From a virus (Duplodnaviria; Caudoviricetes), in the IMG/VR virus record IMGVR_UViG_3300034341_000034, positions 1-30,773 of that record: DNA of 30,773 nt; one strand, 5' to 3'. Positions 17,107 through 22,771 of this stretch are shown here, one piece after another (the first letter of the stretch is position 1; each line of letters starts with the position of its first letter). Under the pieces are notes generated by a model that worked only from the letters and a program-made list of their open reading frames with translations, made no database searches and was not told where the DNA came from. Both the position numbers and the translations under genes were made by a program.

Positions 17107-20100
17107 TGGCTGATATTATTGATCCGTTTAAGGTAAGTGAAGATGACATTATTGATCCGTTTAAGGTAGATGAAGTTGAGGGCCAAGGCGGTTCAACAAC
17201 AGAACCCGCACAAGAACAGCTAGATGCTATCAGCACTCAGATGTACGAGGGCATGTCTTATCGTGATGCTGCAGACTATTACGACAAGCTTCTGCAGAAC
17301 CCTAATGTAACTCCACCACCCTCTGTGTTTGGTATGCCTGTACCCGGATATGCGGTATACAAAGACCCTAACACAGGGAAGCGTGAATACATACCGGCAC
17401 CTACCCCTAATGTGGAAAAGGCATATGGTGATGCTATAGTACAGACGCTAAAGGCACCTTTTTCTGATGAAGTGTCTTTGTCCGATGCATACGAGACTGC
17501 TAACAATCCAGAAGCCCGTGTGTCTTTGACTGACAAGGTTTTGATGGGTGCAGGTGAGAGTGTTGGTGCGCTAGTAGAGACCGGTGCAGCGGCTGCAGAA
17601 AAGTTAGGCGTCGAGGGTGCAATGGACGCCGTGGCCCCTTTGGTTACAGAAATTGATACGGGCGACAGCATTGCGGATGCTTTGATTACTGATGGTGTAC
17701 CTGCCATGGTAATGGCCTTTACTGGTGGTGCGGCAGCCCAGCAACTGGTTAAGAACGCCCCGAAATTGATTAAAGGCGCTACTGTTCTATTGGGTGCAGA
17801 GACAGCCGCTTCGGCTGGTGTAAGTACCAGTGAAGGTAATCTTTTATTGGGCGATGAGGATTCTACCTTATTCCCTATAAGCAAGGGTCTAGACTTAGGT
17901 TCTTCGGAAGCGGATGCCGTTCTTGAGCAACGCTTTAATACCCTTGTTGAGGGCATGTTCCTAAACTCTGCACTTGCGGGTGTAGTAGGTACAGTCATCG
18001 GCACTGCACAGCTTGCATCCCGATACACACTATTGCCGCTTCTGTCTCAAGGAAGTCAGTCTGCTATTGAGCGCCGTGTGTATGAAGAAATTACGGAGAA
18101 GCTAGGTGGCATAGATCCAAACTCCACACCAGAGCAAAGAGCCTTAATTCGTGATGAAATTGCTGAGATAGTTAATCGCAATAAGGATATTCTAGTACCT
18201 ACTCTGACAGACCTTGAGACAGATAAGGCTGTACGTCTGGATACTATATCTGCGCTTTTGCGTGGGGTTACTGATCCAGTAGATAAGGCCCGTATTGGTG
18301 GCGAGCTTTCCGGTCAAATCCAGCGAGGCGGTCAAGGCGCTCCCAGAACTATTGCAGCCTCTGAGTCATCCTCTAGAGAACTACAGGGCCAGATTGAAGA
18401 TTACCTTTCTGGTATTGCCGGTGAGACTGCGCAAGATCGTACAGGTGCAATTGCGGCTGCAGCCGACGAACTAACAGAGGTAGGGCGTGGGCGTGTAACC
18501 GATGTTGATGCTGGTGTAGGCGCTGCACAAGATGCTTTTGATGCTTCTACTCAGGAAGTTTTGGAAGGTCTTCGCAATGCTGATGTTGAGTTAAGTGGTC
18601 AGATTAGTCGCTTAGAAGACGTTACTGGTACTGATATTGTTAAGGGCCAGAGTGCGTCTTTTGATGAGGTACGAGATGGCCTTGTGGCCGCTAAGACCAC
18701 CATGACAAACACAAAGGATGATCTATACAATGCAATCCCTGAAGGGACGCAATTTGATTACAAAGGTTTTGCTGAAGTAGTTGATGGCGCTATTGCAGAA
18801 ATTGACCAGCTAGATACCAGTGGAACCCGCACCAAAAGCATTGAACTGATTTCTACTATACGCAGAGCTATGTCTCCACGGACTGTTGTTGAAGAGGGTG
18901 TACGACCACCGTTTGGCTTTGCAATAGACACAACCAAAACAATTGATGGCGATGATCTTGCGGCAGAATTGCTTGAGGGTGGTGTGGATTTCCGGGTTCT
19001 GTACACCCGTGTACGTCCAGAGCTATCCAAGCTGATCGATCAGGCCTACAAGCGTGGTGACGCAATGGTTGCAGAAAGACTTCGCACGGTGAAATCTGCA
19101 ATTGATAAACAGGTCAGTTGGATTGGAAAAAATGGAGACCCCGAAGCTGCGGAAGCCGCTGATGCAGCCTATGAATACTACACAGAAGAATTTGCACCTA
19201 TATGGCGTGATGGCGGTGTAATGGAGCGTTTTGGAGACCTGTATAATCCTGTTATGACACGGGGTACGCAGAAAGCCGAGTTCCTTGAGCAAAGCCGTGA
19301 TTTAGTTACAGGTGTTCTGCAAGGAGACAATGCGGATAGAGTTTTGAATATGAAAACTGCATTGTCTAAAGTAGCTGACCCAAAACCTATTGCTGACTAC
19401 ATGATTGCAGATGTTATTAATGGCTTTGCTGCAGCGGTACGATCAGATGGTATGTCTGCAGAATCCTTGAAGGGTATGTCAGATCGTCTACGTCAGTACG
19501 CTGTGTCCCTTAATGAGGCATTTCCTGACAGAGCAAGTCAAATTAACGGGCTTGTTTCTCGCATAGAAAGCGCCGCAGGTAATGAGCGTGTGTTGCAGGA
19601 AACCTTAAAGCAGGCGGAAGAGCTTGCTTCACAAACTCGTACAGACGTTCGCAATTCTGAGCTAGGTAAGTTCTTCAGTAAGTTATCTGGCCGTGAAATG
19701 GAAACAAGTGTGGCACCAGAAGCCGCATTCCGTCAGATATTTAAAGAAGCCGAGGGTATTGGTACAATCCAAGAGATCCTGAATCGTGTAGACGAACTGC
19801 CCACGGCTCGGGCCGATGTTGTACGGGATGGCATGGAAGCAGCCTACTTGAGATACCTTTCTGAGGGTATTACCGCAGCTAAGATGCAAAGCGGTGGCTC
19901 TCAAGCACTAAAAGGTGCCGCTGCAGATAAGATACTCAATGAGGCCAACAGTGTATTAGACATTGGGCGGCAGGTGTTTAGTACTAAACCTGAAGTGATG
20001 GAAACCATAGAGACACTGTTAGAGTCTGCCCGTCTTATTGAACGTCAGAAACAAGCGCAGCCTGTAGCAGGTATGTCGCCCACGGTGTTTAACCAAGAAG

Positions 20101-20432
20101 CTACTCAAGCTACCAACCGCATGATTATGACACTTGTAGGGCCACTTACCCGCACAGGTGCAAGAATACGGTCTCTGGCAGGTGCAGCATTCGATGCATT
20201 AGACAGCGGGACTAAAGCCTCTATGGTTCTGGATAATATCTTTGCAGATCCAGATTACTTCCTAGAGCTTTCCCGCAAGTATAATAGGCATCCTATGGAC
20301 CCGCTGGCACAAGAGAACCTGATAACAGCCCTGACCGCCTCTGGTACTAAAACTGTTAACGCAGAATCCAGCTACCTCACCGATCAAAACAATACCAATC
20401 AACAGATGGAAAGCTTGCTGGGTTACCAATAA
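17106..20432 (+). CDS. Large internal virion / ejection protein (gp16-like position)
   Basis: 1108 aa, Ala-rich helical with hydrophobic Gly/Ala segments around aa 195-300; last gene of the structural arm; SD GGAGG, TAATG coupling. Confidence 0.6.
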   Translation: MADIIDPFKVSEDDIIDPFKVDEVEGQGGSTTEPAQEQLDAISTQMYEGMSYRDAADYYDKLLQNPNVTPPPSVFGMPVPGYAVYKDPNTGKREYIPAPTPNVEKAYGDAIVQTLKAPFSDEVSLSDAYETANNPEARVSLTDKVLMGAGESVGALVETGAAAAEKLGVEGAMDAVAPLVTEIDTGDSIADALITDGVPAMVMAFTGGAAAQQLVKNAPKLIKGATVLLGAETAASAGVSTSEGNLLLGDEDSTLFPISKGLDLGSSEADAVLEQRFNTLVEGMFLNSALAGVVGTVIGTAQLASRYTLLPLLSQGSQSAIERRVYEEITEKLGGIDPNSTPEQRALIRDEIAEIVNRNKDILVPTLTDLETDKAVRLDTISALLRGVTDPVDKARIGGELSGQIQRGGQGAPRTIAASESSSRELQGQIEDYLSGIAGETAQDRTGAIAAAADELTEVGRGRVTDVDAGVGAAQDAFDASTQEVLEGLRNADVELSGQISRLEDVTGTDIVKGQSASFDEVRDGLVAAKTTMTNTKDDLYNAIPEGTQFDYKGFAEVVDGAIAEIDQLDTSGTRTKSIELISTIRRAMSPRTVVEEGVRPPFGFAIDTTKTIDGDDLAAELLEGGVDFRVLYTRVRPELSKLIDQAYKRGDAMVAERLRTVKSAIDKQVSWIGKNGDPEAAEAADAAYEYYTEEFAPIWRDGGVMERFGDLYNPVMTRGTQKAEFLEQSRDLVTGVLQGDNADRVLNMKTALSKVADPKPIADYMIADVINGFAAAVRSDGMSAESLKGMSDRLRQYAVSLNEAFPDRASQINGLVSRIESAAGNERVLQETLKQAEELASQTRTDVRNSELGKFFSKLSGREMETSVAPEAAFRQIFKEAEGIGTIQEILNRVDELPTARADVVRDGMEAAYLRYLSEGITAAKMQSGGSQALKGAAADKILNEANSVLDIGRQVFSTKPEVMETIETLLESARLIERQKQAQPVAGMSPTVFNQEATQATNRMIMTLVGPLTRTGARIRSLAGAAFDALDSGTKASMVLDNIFADPDYFLELSRKYNRHPMDPLAQENLITALTASGTKTVNAESSYLTDQNNTNQQMESLLGYQ
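17115..17168 (+). repeat. Exact 21-nt direct repeat, 33-nt period (IIDPFKV twice)
   Basis: ATTATTGATCCGTTTAAGGTA at 17115-17135 and 17148-17168. Confidence 0.9.
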
Positions 20433-20461
20433 GAAAAGCCCCCAGACCTAAATCTGAGGGC
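20433..20461 (-). terminator. Intrinsic terminator, minus strand (copy 1 of shared 22-nt core)
   Basis: Minus strand GCCCTCAGA-TTTAGG-TCTGGGGGC-TTTTCTT. The stem has a U-G pair on the minus strand (a C-A mismatch on plus), which fixes orientation. Confidence 0.85.
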
Positions 20462-20497
20462 ATGTTCACTTAACAAAGGGTTAGTAACGCCCTTTAG
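20433..20497 (-). ncRNA. Predicted antisense small RNA 1 (~65 nt)
   Basis: Bounded by a TTGACC -35 (20529-20524) with an AT-rich -10 region (20508-20501) and terminator copy 1. 5' hairpin AAAGGG-CGUUACUAA-CCCUUU; 23-nt complementarity to 20745-20767. Ends are predicted, not observed. Confidence 0.6.
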
Positions 20498-20513
20498 CCC
20501 AATTAATAACAGT

Positions 20514-20554
20514 AGAGCTATCGGGTCAAATGATTCGGTAGCTTTTCTGCTTTT
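20514..20554 (+). terminator. Intrinsic terminator of the structural arm, containing the sRNA1 -35 box on the opposite strand
   Basis: AGCTATCGGGTC-AAAT-GATTCGGTAGCT followed by TTTCTGCTTTT; G-U pairs work only on the + strand. Confidence 0.8.
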
Positions 20555-20600
20555 AGGGGGTGCGTATACACAACTCTATGTAGTAGGTTGTTAGCTAATA

Positions 20601-20648
20601 TTTACAATATGAGGTGTTTTGTTTAGTATTTTCAGTGTCAATACTGAA
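20601..20648 (+). promoter_or_regulatory. Sigma70-like promoter with operator-like palindrome for the 58-aa ORF
   Basis: TTTACA (20601-20606), 17 nt, TAGTAT (20624-20629); inverted repeat TTCAGT-N6-ACTGAA (20631-20648) spans the predicted +1. Confidence 0.6.
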
Positions 20649-20744
20649 TATTTAACGAATACTTTATATAGTAGGTTCATCCCTAAACGAATCTGGCCCA
20701 TAATCTTACTACGGCAGCGATTAGTAACCGCAACTACCGCCGTA

Positions 20745-20767
20745 ATGTTCACTTAGCAAAGGGTTAG
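20745..20767 (+). repeat. 23-nt near-identical direct repeat covering the RBS of the 58-aa ORF
   Basis: ATGTTCACTTAGCAAAGGGTTAG here versus ATGTTCACTTAACAAAGGGTTAG at 20462-20484 (22/23 identical). Confidence 0.92.
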
Positions 20768-20770
20768 GAT

Positions 20771-20947
20771 ATGTTATTAACAGCAAGACAGGCGCATGAC
20801 TTAGGTCTCGCATTACTAGATGCTTCGGGTAGGAGCATGAGGTCAGAACAACAGCAAATGGTGGTTTGTACCGTGGATACGGCTACAGCAATTGATTACC
20901 AAGAAGGCTGTTCATATGATCCCGACACGGACACGATTGTGTTCTAA
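20771..20947 (+). CDS. Small hypothetical protein (58 aa, not in ORF track) in its own transcription unit
   Basis: Read by hand: MLLTARQAHDLGLALLDASGRSMRSEQQQMVVCTVDTATAIDYQEGCSYDPDTDTIVF*. Preceded by AAAGGGTTAGGAT, with an upstream promoter and a downstream + strand terminator. Confidence 0.7.
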   Translation: MLLTARQAHDLGLALLDASGRSMRSEQQQMVVCTVDTATAIDYQEGCSYDPDTDTIVF

Positions 20948-20982
20948 AAAGTAAAACCCCCCAGACCTAAATCTGAGGGGTT
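20946..20982 (-). terminator. Intrinsic terminator, minus strand (copy 2 of shared 22-nt core)
   Basis: Minus strand AACCCCTCAGA-TTTAGG-TCTGGGGGGTT-TTACTTTTT; core 20958-20979 is identical to 20439-20460. It would also stop the replication-arm transcript. Confidence 0.85.
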
Positions 20983-21025
20983 CCAATTAAAACCGAAGGG
21001 GAAGCGACCAAACTTCCGTCTTCCC
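20948..21025 (-). ncRNA. Predicted small RNA 2 (~75 nt), paralogue of sRNA1
   Basis: Near-consensus promoter directly upstream; 5' hairpin GAAGACGGAAG-UUUGGUCG-CUUCCCCUUC; 12-nt linker; shared terminator; no room for an ORF. Confidence 0.65.
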
Positions 21026-21029
21026 TTAT

Positions 21030-21058
21030 ATTATACGCTTAGGGCGCTCCGAGGTCAA
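21030..21058 (-). promoter_or_regulatory. Near-consensus sigma70 promoter for sRNA2
   Basis: Minus strand TTGACC (21058-21053), 17 nt, TATAAT (21035-21030). Confidence 0.85.
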
Positions 21059-21081
21059 TGCCACGGGGCGCTTTATTCTTT
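21041..21081 (+). terminator. Intrinsic terminator on + strand downstream of the 58-aa ORF
   Basis: AGGGCGCTCCGAGG-TCAATG-CCACGGGGCGCTTT followed by ATTCTTT; G-U pairs favour the + strand. Confidence 0.75.
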
Positions 21082-21240
21082 GTGAAACATGTCTTCTACT
21101 ATGAGCCATAGTGTCATTATGGGCCATGCGAAGACGAACAATAGATACAGCACTTTTGAGGAACCTTCCTCTGGCTCAAAGTTGAGTGTCATAAACAGAG
21201 AGCCTATTAGATACAGGCAACCGGACAGGTATAAATCCAT
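21073..21240 (-). CDS. Small membrane protein with two hydrophobic segments (55 aa, not in ORF track)
   Basis: Read by hand: MDLYLSGCLYLIGSLFMTLNFEPEEGSSKVLYLLFVFAWPIMTLWLIVEDMFHKE*; TAATG coupling with the phoH stop; SD GAGG. Confidence 0.7.
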   Translation of the reverse strand: MDLYLSGCLYLIGSLFMTLNFEPEEGSSKVLYLLFVFAWPIMTLWLIVEDMFHKE

Positions 21241-21956
21241 TATGCAGCTTCCTCTTTTATAAAGGCTTTAATCCATGTTGCACACACATCTGATCGCACA
21301 ATATCGTCCACAGTCATTTCTATAACAGGGAAGGGTAGCATCTGATGTTTGATCATCCTGATGATGCGACCAAGCCCGGACTTCTCTGCTAGGTCTGTCT
21401 GCGCAACGTCACCGTTTACCACTACATTCGTGTTCTCACCTATGCGGGTCAGAAACATCTTTAGTTCAACGTATGTGGTGTTCTGAGCTTCATCTAGGAT
21501 GATAAATGCATCATCGAATGACTTACCTCGCATCACAGAAAAGGGTTCCACTACGATGTTACCATCTGACAGCATGCTCTGTACCTTGGTGACGCCTAGA
21601 TGCTTCTTTAGTACATCAATCAGTGGGGCTACCCATGGGGCCATCTTCTCTTCTAGACCCCCTTTAAAGAAGCCTATGTCACGGCCCCCTGCAGCCACGT
21701 TAGGGCGTGTGATGACGATCTTTGCTACACTACCTTCGTAATACATTTTAGCGGCCTGTGTCGCCGCCATATAGGTCTTGCCAGTACCTGCGCATCCTGT
21801 GACGAATACTAGCGGATCGTTGTTAAGTGCCTTTGCGTACAATTGTTGGTTGTATGTTTTTGGCACCAATTGGATAGACTTAACGTGTTTAGGCGTAGGT
21901 ATTTCTCCATCTGTTATTTTACGTTTTCTTGTGTATCGACGGGCATTCTTGCTCAT
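21240..21956 (-). CDS. phoH: PhoH family ATPase
   Basis: PKTYNQ, GCAGTGKT Walker A, KIVITRP, MRGKSF, IILDEAQN, LTRIGE, GDVAQTD, DIVRS. ATG 21956 follows SD AGGTG (the track start is GTG 21962). Confidence 0.95.
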   Translation of the reverse strand: MSKNARRYTRKRKITDGEIPTPKHVKSIQLVPKTYNQQLYAKALNNDPLVFVTGCAGTGKTYMAATQAAKMYYEGSVAKIVITRPNVAAGGRDIGFFKGGLEEKMAPWVAPLIDVLKKHLGVTKVQSMLSDGNIVVEPFSVMRGKSFDDAFIILDEAQNTTYVELKMFLTRIGENTNVVVNGDVAQTDLAEKSGLGRIIRMIKHQMLPFPVIEMTVDDIVRSDVCATWIKAFIKEEAA

Positions 21957-21962
21957 ATTCAC

Positions 21963-22382
21963 CTAAATTGTTTGTACGAAGGTTGCTTTTTCAAAAGGTA
22001 CGTCAAAGAACTTCTCGCCATGTGAGATCTTCACATTGGAGACTTCAACGCAGGGGCTATCCAGAACCACCTTGCGGCCAAAGAGGGCGGCGTGGGTGAG
22101 GCTGTTATTAAAGATCATAAACTGTGTGGGCTTGGTTAAGAACTTTGCCTTGCGTACCGGCAGATGGATGGTGGGGTACTTAAACTGTACCCCGTGCCAC
22201 ACCGTTTTAACCTCAACCTCGCAGAAGAACATTTTGTTCTGGCCCTTAACGACTAGGTCCACCCCATATTCGTCAGGATTGTCTGCGCAAGTATAACCAA
22301 CCGAAGACCAAAACCTTTTAGCCGCTGCCCGTGCCGCTTCATCATACCTGTTGAAGTCTCGCTGTTGGAATACTTTGTACAT
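21963..22382 (-). CDS. Putative PD-(D/E)xK nuclease-fold protein
   Basis: Start re-assigned to ATG 22382 (SD AGGAG); YGVDLVV...CEVEVK motif. Confidence 0.55.
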   Translation of the reverse strand: MYKVFQQRDFNRYDEAARAAAKRFWSSVGYTCADNPDEYGVDLVVKGQNKMFFCEVEVKTVWHGVQFKYPTIHLPVRKAKFLTKPTQFMIFNNSLTHAALFGRKVVLDSPCVEVSNVKISHGEKFFDVPFEKATFVQTI

Positions 22383-22524
22383 GCGTTCTCCTGTTATAGA
22401 AGTATGCGTCATTAAAACCCCGTTGCCATTCTTTGTAGAAACGGCTTTTAGGTTTGTATGCGCATCGATGGTTGTTCTTGAAGAAGTCTTCGTAGCCGAC
22501 TTCATACGCCTCGTTTTTATTCAT
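22342..22524 (-). CDS. Ribosome modulation factor (Rmf)-like small protein
   Basis: 60 aa; AYEVGY...CAY......EWQRGF spacing resembles the Rmf pattern GY...CPY...W..GW; SD GAGG. Confidence 0.5.
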   Translation of the reverse strand: MNKNEAYEVGYEDFFKNNHRCAYKPKSRFYKEWQRGFNDAYFYNRRTHVQSIPTARLQQV

Positions 22525-22537
22525 AAACCTGCCTCAA

Positions 22538-22771
22538 TTATTTGAATGAGTCCTCAAGTTCGCTGTAGCCGCCGATGTACTTTCCTTCAGGGTCAAAGAT
22601 CTGGGGTACGGTTTTTAGGTCGGCCATAAGGAGCAGGGGCGTTAACCACCTGCTACTTTTAGATTGTATGTTGTATTCTGCATAAGGTTGCCCCTGTGAC
22701 CGGAGTACTGCCTTGGCCCGGTCACAGAAGTTGCATTGGTCTCTTGTTAAGATTGTGTACATGCCAGCCAC
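22538..22771 (-). CDS. Glutaredoxin
   Basis: CNFC active site, KTVPQIF, YIGGYSEL; adjacent to the RNR gene. Alternative start at ATG 22762. Confidence 0.92.
   Translation of the reverse strand: MAGMYTILTRDQCNFCDRAKAVLRSQGQPYAEYNIQSKSSRWLTPLLLMADLKTVPQIFDPEGKYIGGYSELEDSFK

Noticed and set aside
17279-18028. 249-aa antisense ORF and the other opposite-strand ORFs in the track
   Set aside because: These are shadow frames of well-supported genes, with no recognisable motifs and a composition mirroring the sense codons.
20636-20641. Perfect TTGACA on the minus strand
   Set aside because: No usable -10 at 16-18 nt spacing (AACACC at 17), so it is treated as part of the palindrome.
20560-20770. 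tRNA, cobalamin riboswitch or attP site in the junction
   Set aside because: I could not recognise a cloverleaf or B12-box by eye, and no integrase is in the window to support an att call. An Infernal/Rfam scan would settle the RNA question.
20439-20979. 22-nt palindromic repeat pair read as a mini-CRISPR array, given the Cas4-like nuclease in the window
   Set aside because: There are only two copies, 519 nt apart, each with a strand-specific U-tract, so they behave as terminators. Cas4-like exonucleases are ordinary phage replication genes.
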